Below, piece by piece: positions 7,606 to 17,082 of a stretch of DNA of 48,346 nucleotides. A program made the position numbers and the translations under genes. Source of the stretch: an uncultured Aquificales bacterium (GTDB lineage: Bacteria > Thermosulfidibacterota > Thermosulfidibacteria > Thermosulfidibacterales > Thermosulfidibacteraceae). Under the pieces are notes generated by a model, which had not been told where the DNA came from, searched no databases, and saw only the letters and a list, made by a program, of their open reading frames with translations. Where the stretch lies: assembly GCA_964453345.1 (NCBI GenBank), contig CAYVOC010000006.1:1-48346 (forward strand), in the 5' to 3' direction. Every line of letters begins with the position of its first letter. Position 1 is the first letter of the stretch.

Positions 7606-9891
7606 ATGTATCACCTGGAGGCGCTGGAATACTTTAGGCTTTTGGAGCATCTTTCTGAATTTGCCCACTCGGATCTTGGCAGAGAGTGTGTTCTCTCCTT
7701 CAGGCCCCTTCTCAATCTCAGGGAGGTTGAGAGGGCCTTTGCCAGGGTTAAGGAGGCCATGGAGTTTGTTGATGTTGAGGGGGATTTGCAGCTTGCTCAG
7801 CTTGAGGATCTTTCGGGGATCTTTGATGCGGCATCCGTTGAGGGGGCGGTTCTTACCCCCGATGCGGTGAAGAAAGTCAGAGGGCTTCTGATTCTTGCTG
7901 CAAACGTTAAAAAGAGGCTTTCTGATGAGCGCTATCCAAACTTGAGGGCCTTTGTAAGCGGTATTTCCGAACTTAAAGGGCTGCGCGAGGCCATAGATTC
8001 CGTTCTGGATCAGGCGGGAAGGGTAAGGGACGATGCCTCCAAGCGTCTTTCCGAAATAAGGGCCAGAATATCCGCCATAAGGGGACAGATAGCTGAGCGG
8101 CTCAGGAGGTTTTTGTCGGATCCCAGAAGGGCCGGCTGGTTCTCCGATAGAAATATCCACCTCAGGGGGGACAGGTATACCGTTGCTGTGAAATCCGAGA
8201 GGGCCGGATACGTTAAGGGACTGGTGGTGGACACCTCGGCTTCGGGCAGGACAGTGTATATGGAGCCTGAGTCCGTGGTCCAGTTGAACAACCGTCTTGC
8301 CATGGCGAGGGATGAGGAGAGAAGGGAGGAGGAGAGGATCCTGAGGGATCTAACCTCAAAGATCAGGTATCATCTGAACTCCTTAAGAGAGAATCAAAAC
8401 CTTCTTGCTCAGATTGACGCCCTTTTTGCCAAGGCGAGGTTTGCCAAAGAGTATAGGGCTTCTGTTCCCCAGGTGGGTCAGCAAAGGAGGATCCACATAA
8501 TTGAGGGGAGGCATCCCATTTTGTGCAGGGTTAAGGGCGTGGAGAATGTTGTGCCCTTGGATCTTGAGTTGGGATCGGACTTTACCACCCTTATCATAAC
8601 CGGTCCGAACACGGGCGGCAAAACGGTGGCGTTGAAGACGGTGGGGCTTTTGACCCTTATGGCCCTTTCGGGTATCCCGGTCACGGCCCATCCTGACAGC
8701 TACTTCGGGTTCTTCAGGAAGGTGCTTGCGGACATAGGGGATGAGCAGGACATAGAGAGTTCCCTTTCAACCTTTTCGTCTCACATAAAGAGGATAAAGA
8801 CCATCGTGGAGAATGCGGATAGGGACACCCTTGTTCTTATCGATGAGCTGGGAACCGGAACCGATCCCGAGGAGGGAAGCGCCCTTGCCGTTGCCATTGC
8901 CGAGCATCTTCACAAGAGGGGATCTTTGAATGTTATAACCACGCATCACGGGGATCTGAAGCTTTTGGCCTACGCCACCCCCGGCATGGAGAATGCATCC
9001 GTGGAGTTTGATGTGGAGTCCTTGAGTCCCACCTACAGGCTGCTCGTTGGGGTTCCCGGGGAGAGCAACGCCTTTGTCATAGCGGAGAGGTTGGGGCTGA
9101 GCGGGGAGGTTGTTGAGAGGGCGAGGGCTTTGAAGGGGGAGAGACTTGGGGGCAAGGGAGAGGTTGTCAGCTGGATAATGCGGGCCAAAAGCGATGTGGA
9201 AAAGAAGCTTGAGGAGGCGGAAAGGCTGAAGGAACAGGCTAAAAGGCAGCTTGAGGAGGCCAGAAGGGAGGCTGAAAGGATAAAGGAGGAGGCCTATTCG
9301 GAGGCTGCCAGGCTTGTGGAGACCGCGAAAAGCAGCATAGAGGAGGCGAGATCCAAGGGATCGGGTGCGGTTGTTAAGGTGGCCAGGGAGGTGGCCAGAA
9401 GAATTGCGAAGGAGAAGGAGAAGGAAGTCAGGGAGAGAATCTCTGCCGGAGATGTGGTGGAGCTGCCGGCCTTTGGTCTGAAGGGCAGGGTTGTGGAGGT
9501 GAGGGGAGCTAAGGTTGAGGTGGATACCGGAAGGATGCGGATGACGGTGCCCCTGTCTTCAGTTAAGCCCACCGGTGAAAGGGCGGAAGAATGTGAGGCT
9601 GAGGGCAGAAGGGATGTTTCCGTCAGCATAGAGAGGTCAAGGGACAGCTTCTACCCGGAGCTTAAGCTTCTTGGCAAGAGGGTGGATGAGGCCATTCCTG
9701 AGCTTGAGAGGTTTTTGAACGATGGGTGTCTGTTTGGAATAAAGCAGCTCAGGATAGTTCACGGCAAGGGTGAGGGGATACTTAAAAGGGCGGTTCACGA
9801 CTATTTGAGGGATCATCCCCTTGTTGCTTCTTTCCGTTTGGCGGATGAGAGGGAGGGCGGATCCGGGGTGACCCTTGTTGAGCTGGTGTAG
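7606..9891 (+). CDS. mutS2: MutS2 endonuclease / ribosome collision ATPase
   Basis: ITGPNTGGKT Walker A, DIGDEQ, SLSTFSSH, LIDELGTGTDPEEG, C-terminal Smr domain (IVHGKGEG...GGSGVT). Start placed at ATG 7606. Confidence 0.93.
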   Translation: MYHLEALEYFRLLEHLSEFAHSDLGRECVLSFRPLLNLREVERAFARVKEAMEFVDVEGDLQLAQLEDLSGIFDAASVEGAVLTPDAVKKVRGLLILAANVKKRLSDERYPNLRAFVSGISELKGLREAIDSVLDQAGRVRDDASKRLSEIRARISAIRGQIAERLRRFLSDPRRAGWFSDRNIHLRGDRYTVAVKSERAGYVKGLVVDTSASGRTVYMEPESVVQLNNRLAMARDEERREEERILRDLTSKIRYHLNSLRENQNLLAQIDALFAKARFAKEYRASVPQVGQQRRIHIIEGRHPILCRVKGVENVVPLDLELGSDFTTLIITGPNTGGKTVALKTVGLLTLMALSGIPVTAHPDSYFGFFRKVLADIGDEQDIESSLSTFSSHIKRIKTIVENADRDTLVLIDELGTGTDPEEGSALAVAIAEHLHKRGSLNVITTHHGDLKLLAYATPGMENASVEFDVESLSPTYRLLVGVPGESNAFVIAERLGLSGEVVERARALKGERLGGKGEVVSWIMRAKSDVEKKLEEAERLKEQAKRQLEEARREAERIKEEAYSEAARLVETAKSSIEEARSKGSGAVVKVAREVARRIAKEKEKEVRERISAGDVVELPAFGLKGRVVEVRGAKVEVDTGRMRMTVPLSSVKPTGERAEECEAEGRRDVSVSIERSRDSFYPELKLLGKRVDEAIPELERFLNDGCLFGIKQLRIVHGKGEGILKRAVHDYLRDHPLVASFRLADEREGGSGVTLVELV

Positions 9892-9921
9892 GGGGAGATC
9901 CACATGTTCGCGGATCTCCCC
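9892..9921. terminator. Hairpin between convergent mutS2 and cytochrome b genes
   Basis: GGGGAGATCC-10 nt-GGATCTCCCC is a perfect 10-bp stem; no clear U-tract. Confidence 0.6.
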
Positions 9922-9929
9922 GCTGTATC

Positions 9930-10559
9930 CTAATGGTGTTCTTCGGGTTCCTCTTCCCAGCCGGTTATCATCGCCTTGAAGTGGGCGATGGGGGTGTGGC
10001 CCAAGGTTGCAAGGTAGAAGTGGGCGATGATGAAGGAGAAGAAGAAGAAAAAGAGCAGCACATGGATTGTGTCCACCACCCTTATTCCGCCCAGAAACTC
10101 AATGATCAGGTGGAACTTTTCGGGATAGAGGAGGAAAAGACCCGTCAGTATCTGTATGGGCAGCAGACACAGCATTATGCTCATGTAGGCGGTCTTCTGA
10201 AGGGGGTTGAACTTGTTGTCAGGGGTGGGGTGGAAGGGGTTGGGTTCGCCCTTGAATATCCCGTAGGAGTAGAATCTTATCTGCCTTATGGCGTTGTGCA
10301 GAAGCTCCTCTTTTGTGGGGAAGTAGGTCTTTATTTTCCCTGTGAACACGTAGTAGCAGAACCAGAGTATGAAGTCTAAGGAAACTATGATCCCCACTAT
10401 GTTGTGAAAGACCACAGCATCCCTCAGGGGCACGTTGAGCAGCTCCGAGTATCTTATGGCGATTCCGGATACGACGAGCAGGGTTATGCACGCCGCATGT
10501 ATCCAGTGCCATATCCTAACCGGCAATGGGTGCAGGTATATTCTCTTCATCTCCATCAC
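9930..10559 (-). CDS. Di-heme cytochrome b/b6 membrane subunit (Ni-hydrogenase cytb/PhsC-like)
   Basis: Four TM segments with His ligands (RIWHW, VFHNI, TIHVL, IAHFY); KFNPLQK motif; start overlaps the upstream stop. Confidence 0.88.
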   Translation of the reverse strand: MMEMKRIYLHPLPVRIWHWIHAACITLLVVSGIAIRYSELLNVPLRDAVVFHNIVGIIVSLDFILWFCYYVFTGKIKTYFPTKEELLHNAIRQIRFYSYGIFKGEPNPFHPTPDNKFNPLQKTAYMSIMLCLLPIQILTGLFLLYPEKFHLIIEFLGGIRVVDTIHVLLFFFFFSFIIAHFYLATLGHTPIAHFKAMITGWEEEPEEHH

Positions 10560-11590
10560 TGCTCCTCCTTTTTCTTTCTCCTAAGGGGTATGGTAAGTAT
10601 TCTTATCGTGCAGTGTCCGCCTGCAAAGGCGACGCCGCCCAGAACTATCAGGGCGCCTATGATGTCAAGTATTGTGATCCTGGTGGCGTCTATCATGTAG
10701 AAGCGGATGGGATAGATGCTCATCAGGAATTTCTTGTCCACCGGTATGTCTGCGGTGCTTCCATCGCTCTTTGAAAGGCTCAGAACAACATGATCAAATA
10801 TCTTGGCTTTTTCGCTGTGGCACTTGAGGCACTGGGAAATTCCTTCGGATTCTATCTGGTGCAGGGACGGATCCGCCTGGGAGACGATTTCGCCCTTCAG
10901 GCTGAATCTTATACCCTTTGCCTCTGCATCCCTTATCAGCTTCTCTATCTCTCCGGTTTCAAGCTTGCCGCTGTGGTTTGCGTCGTATCTTTCAAGCAGG
11001 GCATCGGGGTCCACCCCGAGCGCCTTGGCAAGTTCTTCACCGCTAACCGGTTTCTCCTTCAGGATATTGTAGGGGATGAGCCTGACCATCCCGCCCGCCT
11101 TGCTGTGGCATGCGGAGCACCCTACGGTTTCGAAGTGCAACTTTTTGGCGGGCAGAAATTCGTGCCCCTCTTCGGGATCGTGGCACTTCAAACAGGTTTC
11201 CCTGTTCCTCTCAAAGCTCAGCTTTGAGGCGGTGTATTTGGTGTAGTGGGGGTTGTGGCAGGTCTGGCACTTGGGACCGTCATCCCCGAGGTCTGCGTGA
11301 ACACCCTCTTGGAAGGAGTCTGCTTCGTCTTCATGGCACTGGGAGCAGTCAACCTTCAAGGGTGTGGGATGGGGAACATCCTCTTCATAGTTGAGCTTTT
11401 CGACTCCGGCGTGGCAGTCGGTGCAGGCTATCTCGTTCATGCCGTGCACCGAGGCCTTGAACCTCTCTTCGTCCACCACATCTCCGTGGCACTCAAGGCA
11501 CTCGCTGTTCTCAATTGCATGGACCTTCACCGTTGCCACAAGGGGTATCAGAAACACCAATAAAAACAAAATCTTCCACCTGCCCTTCAT
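10556..11590 (-). CDS. Membrane-anchored heptaheme cytochrome c
   Basis: Signal peptide; seven CxxCH motifs (CLECH, CTDCH, CSQCH, CQTCH, CLKCH, CSACH, CLKCH); C-terminal TM helix. Confidence 0.9.
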   Translation of the reverse strand: MKGRWKILFLLVFLIPLVATVKVHAIENSECLECHGDVVDEERFKASVHGMNEIACTDCHAGVEKLNYEEDVPHPTPLKVDCSQCHEDEADSFQEGVHADLGDDGPKCQTCHNPHYTKYTASKLSFERNRETCLKCHDPEEGHEFLPAKKLHFETVGCSACHSKAGGMVRLIPYNILKEKPVSGEELAKALGVDPDALLERYDANHSGKLETGEIEKLIRDAEAKGIRFSLKGEIVSQADPSLHQIESEGISQCLKCHSEKAKIFDHVVLSLSKSDGSTADIPVDKKFLMSIYPIRFYMIDATRITILDIIGALIVLGGVAFAGGHCTIRILTIPLRRKKKEEQ

Positions 11591-11619
11591 ATCAGTGCCT
11601 CCTCAAGCGGAATTTGAAT

Positions 11620-11656
11620 TTGTGATTTCATTAACACTCCCGGCCTGTAGGGTCAA
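11620..11656 (-). promoter_or_regulatory. Promoter with overlapping Rex/CRP-like operator for the cytochrome operon
   Basis: TTGTGATTTCATTAACAC at 11620-11637 matches 11/14 of Rex TTGTGAA-N4-TTCACAA and 9/10 of CRP TGTGA-N6-TCACA. Minus-strand -35 TTGACC at 11656-11651. Confidence 0.55.
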
Positions 11657-11663
11657 GTTACGG

Positions 11664-13892
11664 TTAAAGATGCATGTGGGGATCAAAACGCTTATTTAGG
11701 CTGTTGAAGGCCTCGTGGGCTTCGCTGCTGGAGATCTCTATGAGCTGCTCAGGGGTTTTTATTTTTATGTTGCTGGATGTGACCTTGCCCACAACCCTGC
11801 AGGGTATGTTGTGTTTGGAGAGGATATCTTCTGCCTGGTTCAGACACTCGGCCTTCAGGGACGCTATCACAACCCCCTGATCCTCGCCGAACAGTAAAAA
11901 GTCGCTTCTTATCGGGAAGTTGAGTTCAACCTCTGCTCCGAGGATTTTGGGACCAAGGCAGCATTTGGCAAGGGCTACGGCTATGCCTCCCAAGGAGACA
12001 TCGTGGGCGCTTGAGATGAGCTGTTTGCTGATAAGCTCAACCAGGGCCTTGTGGAGCCTTTTCTCGTATTCAAGGTCCACCGCAGGGGGGGATCCTGCAA
12101 CCTTGCCGTGTATGAGGTGTAGGTATTCGCTTCCCCCTATTTCCCCTCTGGGTGTGCCCATGAGCAGGATTATGTCCCCTTCCCTTTTGAAGTAGCTTGT
12201 GCAGTGCCTTCTCACATCTTCCAGTATGCCCACCATTCCCACGGTGGGACAGGGCCAGATGGCTTTGCCCAGGGTTTCGTTGTAGAAGCTCACATTGCCC
12301 CCTGTCACGGGTGTCTCAAGGACTCTGCACGCCTCAGCTATTCCCTCCACCGCCTCCACGAATTGCCACATGATCTCAGGCTTTTCCGGGTTTCCGAAGT
12401 TTAAACAATCGGTGATTGCCCTTGGTATGGCTCCGGCGCAGGCCACGTTTCTTGCCGCCTCAGCCACCGCCTGTTTGCCGCCTTCTCTTGGGTCAAGGTA
12501 GCAGTATCTGGGGTTGCAGTCGCAGGATATGGCGATTCCCTTTTGGCTTCCCTTTACCCTTATCACCGCCGCATCGGAGCCCGGAAGCACCACGGTGTTG
12601 GTCTGAACCATGTGATCGTATTGACGCCAGATGAAGCGCTTGGAGGCGATGTTGGGACTTGCAAGAAGCTTCAATAGCACTTCCTTTAAATCCCCGGGCT
12701 GGGGGATGCTTTCCAGGTTGAAGGACTGAACCTCGTCTATGTAGGAGGGCTTCTTGTAGGGCCTTTCGTAAACAGGGGTTTCGTCTGCCAGGTATTTCAC
12801 CGGGATTTCTGCAACCACCTCCCCTTTGTGTTTCACCCTCAGCACCTGCTCTTCTATAACCTTTCCTATAACCACTGCATCCACGCCCCACTTTTTGAAG
12901 ATGGAGATGAGCTCCTCTTCCTTGCCCCTCTGTGCCACAATGAGCATTCTCTCCTGGGATTCGGAGAGCATGATCTCGTAGGCGCTCATCCCCTCTTCCC
13001 TCTGGGGCACCAGGTCCAGATCCAGCTCTATGCCCGTGCCGGCCTTTGCAGCCATCTCCGATGAGGAGCAGGTTAGTCCCGCGGCTCCCATGTCCTGGAT
13101 GCCCACGATGAGATCCTTCTCCATGGCTTCAAGACACGCCTCAAGAAGCAGCTTTTCCGTGAAGGGGTCCCCCACCTGGACGTTGGGCTTTTTTTGTTCT
13201 GCGTCTTCTTTAAACTCGTCGCTTGCCATGGTGGCACCGTGTATTCCGTCCCTTCCCGTTTTGGAGCCAACGTATATCACCGGGTTTCCGATGCCTGCAG
13301 CCTTTGCCCTGAAGATTCTGTTTTTTGGGGCAATCCCCAGGTTGAACACGTTCACCAGAGGGTTGTGGCTGTAGCACTCGGCGAAGAAGGTCTCCCCTCC
13401 CACGGTGGGAACGCCTATGCAGTTGCCATACCAGGAGATTCCCGACACAACGCCGTTCATTATGTAGATGTTCAGGGGGTTATCGGGGGGTCCGAACCTC
13501 AGCGAGTCCATGGAGGCAACGGGCCTCGCCCCCATGGTGAAGATGTCCCTGAGTATTCCCCCCACTCCTGTGGCCGCTCCCTGGAAGGGCTCTATGTATG
13601 AGGGGTGATTGTGGGATTCCATCTTGAAGACGGCGGCAAGATTCTCATCTATCTCAATGACCCCTGCGTTCTCTCCGGGTCCCTGTATCACCCAGGGGGC
13701 TTCGGTGGGAAATTTCTTCAGGTGCACCTTTGAACTCTTGTAGGAGCAGTGCTCGCTCCACATGACAGAGAAGATGCCGAGTTCTGTGATGGTGGGCTCC
13801 CTTCCCAGTATCCTGAGGATGAGCTGGTATTCCTCCTGGGTGAGGCCGTGCTCCTCTATCAGCTCCGGGGTGATTTTTATTTTTTCTTGCAT
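11664..13892 (-). CDS. purL: Phosphoribosylformylglycinamidine synthase subunit PurL (small form)
   Basis: [52 protein letters not shown]; start ATG 13892 with SD GGAGG. Confidence 0.97.
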   Translation of the reverse strand: MQEKIKITPELIEEHGLTQEEYQLILRILGREPTITELGIFSVMWSEHCSYKSSKVHLKKFPTEAPWVIQGPGENAGVIEIDENLAAVFKMESHNHPSYIEPFQGAATGVGGILRDIFTMGARPVASMDSLRFGPPDNPLNIYIMNGVVSGISWYGNCIGVPTVGGETFFAECYSHNPLVNVFNLGIAPKNRIFRAKAAGIGNPVIYVGSKTGRDGIHGATMASDEFKEDAEQKKPNVQVGDPFTEKLLLEACLEAMEKDLIVGIQDMGAAGLTCSSSEMAAKAGTGIELDLDLVPQREEGMSAYEIMLSESQERMLIVAQRGKEEELISIFKKWGVDAVVIGKVIEEQVLRVKHKGEVVAEIPVKYLADETPVYERPYKKPSYIDEVQSFNLESIPQPGDLKEVLLKLLASPNIASKRFIWRQYDHMVQTNTVVLPGSDAAVIRVKGSQKGIAISCDCNPRYCYLDPREGGKQAVAEAARNVACAGAIPRAITDCLNFGNPEKPEIMWQFVEAVEGIAEACRVLETPVTGGNVSFYNETLGKAIWPCPTVGMVGILEDVRRHCTSYFKREGDIILLMGTPRGEIGGSEYLHLIHGKVAGSPPAVDLEYEKRLHKALVELISKQLISSAHDVSLGGIAVALAKCCLGPKILGAEVELNFPIRSDFLLFGEDQGVVIASLKAECLNQAEDILSKHNIPCRVVGKVTSSNIKIKTPEQLIEISSSEAHEAFNSLNKRFDPHMHL

Positions 13893-13960
13893 GGAAGTCC
13901 TCCACCGCATAGATTTTTTCCTCGGAACCCTGTAATACAGGAAAAAGGTTGGGAGGGAAA

Positions 13961-14278
13961 GTGATGGAGATGAACAAGTGGCTTGAGGAGATAAAGCAGA
14001 AGGGGACGGCCCTTGTTGAGATGGGGCGGCTCAAGGTCAAGAAGGTGGGCCTTGAAAAACGCATTGAGAAGCTTCACTGCAGGATCGGTGAGCGCATTGA
14101 CTATCTTGAGCGTCTGGGGAGAAGTTTCGATGAGGACGAGATCGTTAAGGGGCTTATATCTGAGATAAGGAATGTTGAGAAGGAGATAGAGGAGATAGAC
14201 GCTAAGATTTCTGCTTTGAAGCAGCACCAGGAGGAGACGACAGGTGGCGATTCTTCAGATCAGGAAGTATCCGGATAG
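13961..14278 (+). CDS. Small coiled-coil hypothetical protein
   Basis: SD GGAGG before GTG/ATG; typical codon usage; heptad-like charged sequence; overlaps def. Confidence 0.7.
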   Translation: MMEMNKWLEEIKQKGTALVEMGRLKVKKVGLEKRIEKLHCRIGERIDYLERLGRSFDEDEIVKGLISEIRNVEKEIEEIDAKISALKQHQEETTGGDSSDQEVSG

Positions 14279-14747
14279 GGTTCTCAGCACTAAGGCCTCT
14301 GAGGTTGAGGATATAGGCGGAGAGATAGTGGATCTTGCAAACTCCATGCTTGAGACCATGTATAAGGCGCCGGGTATTGGACTTGCAGCCCCTCAGGTGG
14401 GAAGGTCCATCAGGCTAATCGTTTTTGATATAGGCCATACGGAGGGTGAGCCTGAGCCTCACATTGTGGTCAACCCCGTGATCACTGCAAGTGAAGGGGA
14501 AGACATACAGGAGGAAGGGTGCCTGAGCCTGCCGGGGATATACGCCTCGGTCAAGCGCGCCTATGCCGTGGAGCTGAAGGGGTATGATCTTGAGGGCAGG
14601 GAGATAACCATGCAGGCGGAGGGGCTTCTCGCCAGGGTTATACAGCACGAGGTGGATCACTTGGATGGGAAGCTCTTCGTTGACAGGATGAGCAAAGTTA
14701 GAAGGAATCTTTTGCTCAAGCGCTACTTCAGGAACCTTGAAAAGTAG
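14244..14747 (+). CDS. def: Peptide deformylase
   Basis: GIGLAAPQVG, EGCLS, QHEVDHLDG. Confidence 0.97.
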   Translation: MAILQIRKYPDRVLSTKASEVEDIGGEIVDLANSMLETMYKAPGIGLAAPQVGRSIRLIVFDIGHTEGEPEPHIVVNPVITASEGEDIQEEGCLSLPGIYASVKRAYAVELKGYDLEGREITMQAEGLLARVIQHEVDHLDGKLFVDRMSKVRRNLLLKRYFRNLEK

Positions 14748-14805
14748 TCTGTTTTATGCTTGTAGGTTTTAGCCCTTAAGCAGACAAATTCAGGAGGGTA
14801 AGAGG

Positions 14806-15015
14806 ATGAAGAAGGGGATACATCCCGATTACCATGAGATAACCGTGGTGTGCGCCTGCGGCAACACCTTCAAGACCAGATCCACCTACCCCAAGGAAGT
14901 GCTTAACGTGGCGGTCTGTGCTGCGTGCCATCCCTTCTACACGGGCAAGCAGAAGGAGAAGACGATAACCGGAAGGGCCGAGAAGTTCAGGCAGAAATAC
15001 GGCGAGATCAAGTAG
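14806..15015 (+). CDS. rpmE: 50S ribosomal protein L31 (zinc-binding type)
   Basis: MKKGIHPDY, CACG, CAACHPFYTG, GRAEKF. Confidence 0.96.
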   Translation: MKKGIHPDYHEITVVCACGNTFKTRSTYPKEVLNVAVCAACHPFYTGKQKEKTITGRAEKFRQKYGEIK

Positions 15016-15029
15016 GTTATTCTGGCCTC

Positions 15030-15716
15030 ATGAGGGTGAGGCTGCTGTTTCACACCCCTGATCCAGAAAGGGTGGTCTATATTGCGGCAAGGGTCTGCTA
15101 CTCAAGCAAGCCCGTATCTGAGCTGGAGAGGGAGTCCGATTATAAGAGCCCCCAGAGCCTGATAAGAAGGCTGAAGGCTTCGGGCCATCATTCGGTCTTT
15201 GAGCATGTGCTGTTTACCTTCTCCTTAGAGGGGGTTTCCAGGGTGCTGACCCATCAGCTTGTTCGGCACAGGATCGCCTCCTACTCCCAGAGGAGCCAGC
15301 GGTATGTGTCCGAGGAGAACTTCTCGTGCGTGGTGCCCCCTTCCGTTGCGGAGAATCCCGAAGCGGTGGAGATCTTCAACGGAATTGTGGAGCAGGCGAG
15401 GGAGGCCTACAGGAGGCTTGTGGAGCTTGGGATTGACAGGGAGGATGCGAGATACCTGCTTCCCCACGGTGCCGAGACCCAGATTGTGGTGAGCATGAAC
15501 GCAAGGGAACTCATGCACTTTTTCACCCTGCGCTGCTGCAACCGGGCCCAGTGGGAGATAAGGAGTGTGGCCAAGGAGATGCTGAGGCAGGTGAAGAGGG
15601 TGGCTCCGGTTCTCTTTGAGGATGCCGGCCCTTCCTGTCTGAGGGGGCCGTGCCCCGAGGGTGAGTTTTCCTGCGGCAGAATGGACGAGGTGAGGGAGGA
15701 GTTTGCAGCGCTATGA
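15030..15716 (+). CDS. thyX: FAD-dependent thymidylate synthase
   Basis: [41 protein letters not shown]; start ATG 15030. Confidence 0.95.
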   Translation: MRVRLLFHTPDPERVVYIAARVCYSSKPVSELERESDYKSPQSLIRRLKASGHHSVFEHVLFTFSLEGVSRVLTHQLVRHRIASYSQRSQRYVSEENFSCVVPPSVAENPEAVEIFNGIVEQAREAYRRLVELGIDREDARYLLPHGAETQIVVSMNARELMHFFTLRCCNRAQWEIRSVAKEMLRQVKRVAPVLFEDAGPSCLRGPCPEGEFSCGRMDEVREEFAAL

Positions 15717-16786
15717 TTCCCGTGGGCAAGCTACAGGAGATTGAGGACAGATACCTTGAGATAGAGAAGCAGCTCGCCGATCCGGATGTCTATTCGGACT
15801 ATGAGAAATTTAAGAAGCTCGCTAAGGAAAAGGCGGAGCTTGAGCCGATAGTTGAGAAGTTTAGAGAGTTTAAGGAGGTTATGGAAAGGGTCGCCGAGTC
15901 CAGGCAGATCATAGATGAGGAAGAGGATGAGGAGCTTGTGGAGCTTGCTAAGGAGGAGCTGAAGGAGCTTGAGAAGCGCCAGGAGGAGCTGGAGAAGGAG
16001 TTGAAGGTTCTGCTTCTTCCCAAGGATCCCAACGATGAGAAGAACATCTTTCTGGAGATAAGGGCGGCGGCCGGTGGTGAGGAGGCTGCCCTCTTTGCAG
16101 CCGATCTTTTCCGCATGTATTCCAGATACGCTGAGCGCAAGGGCTGGAAGGTTCAGGTGCTTGACGCCAACGTGACGGGCAGGGGAGGCTTCAAAGAGAT
16201 CGTCGCTCTCATTGAGGGAAGGGGCGCCTACTCCAGGCTGAAGTTTGAGAGCGGCGTCCACAGGGTGCAGAGGATCCCCGAAACGGAGTCCGGGGGAAGG
16301 ATCCACACCTCCACAGCCACCGTGGCTGTGTTGCCGGAGGTGGAGGAGGCGGAGGTTGAGATAAGGCCCGAGGATCTGAGGATAGATGTCTTCAGGGCCT
16401 CCGGTGCCGGCGGACAGCATGTGAATGTTACCGATTCTGCGGTGAGGATAACCCACATTCCGACAGGGATAGTCGTCCAGTGTCAGGATGAGCGCTCCCA
16501 GCACAAAAACAAGGAAAAGGCTTTGAGGATGCTCAGGGCTAAGCTCAAGGAGATGATGGAGAGACAGCGCCAGGAGGAGATATCCGAGGAGAGGCGCAAG
16601 CAGGTGGGAACGGGTGAGCGCAGCGAGAAGATCCGCACCTACAACTTCCCCCAGAACAGGGTGACGGACCACAGGATAGGATTGACCCTTTACCGCTTAG
16701 AGGATATCCTGGACGGCGATTTGGATGAGATAATAGATGCGCTTATAGCGCACGATCAGGCGGAAAGACTTAAGCGAATGGAATAG
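15713..16786 (+). CDS. prfA: Peptide chain release factor 1
   Basis: PET tripeptide (QRIPETE), [21 protein letters not shown]. Confidence 0.97.
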   Translation: MIPVGKLQEIEDRYLEIEKQLADPDVYSDYEKFKKLAKEKAELEPIVEKFREFKEVMERVAESRQIIDEEEDEELVELAKEELKELEKRQEELEKELKVLLLPKDPNDEKNIFLEIRAAAGGEEAALFAADLFRMYSRYAERKGWKVQVLDANVTGRGGFKEIVALIEGRGAYSRLKFESGVHRVQRIPETESGGRIHTSTATVAVLPEVEEAEVEIRPEDLRIDVFRASGAGGQHVNVTDSAVRITHIPTGIVVQCQDERSQHKNKEKALRMLRAKLKEMMERQRQEEISEERRKQVGTGERSEKIRTYNFPQNRVTDHRIGLTLYRLEDILDGDLDEIIDALIAHDQAERLKRME

Positions 16787-16796
16787 GAGGTTTGGG

Positions 16797-17072
16797 GTGG
16801 TTAAGGCGGATATTGTTGAAAGGGTAGCCGAGGCAACCGGTCTTCCCAAGGTGAAGTGCAAGGAGATTGTGGAAGGCGTTCTCGATGAGATATTCAACGC
16901 ACTTGTTAGGGGCGAAAAGGTCTCCATAAGGAGGTTTGGAACCTTCGAGGTGGTTGTCTCCAACAGGACCAAGGGGAGGAATCTTCAGACCGGGGAGGAG
17001 ATACAGATTGAGCCCCGCTATGTGGTTAGGTTCAGGCCCAGCAGGCAGTTGAGGAAGCCCATAGAGGAGTAA
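16797..17072 (+). CDS. HU/IHF-family DNA-binding protein
   Basis: K..IV..VA, GEKVSI.RFGTF, GRN..TGE.I.I, V.FRPS; 91 aa. Confidence 0.9.
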   Translation: MVKADIVERVAEATGLPKVKCKEIVEGVLDEIFNALVRGEKVSIRRFGTFEVVVSNRTKGRNLQTGEEIQIEPRYVVRFRPSRQLRKPIEE

Positions 17073-17082
17073 CTTTTGTGGT

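Noticed and set aside
15731-16672. Long antisense ORFs (also 41153-42034, 43129-44034, 33513-34355, 31614-32480)
   Set aside because: These are shadows of conserved sense genes caused by codon bias. They are Leu/Pro/His-rich and lack motifs and SDs.
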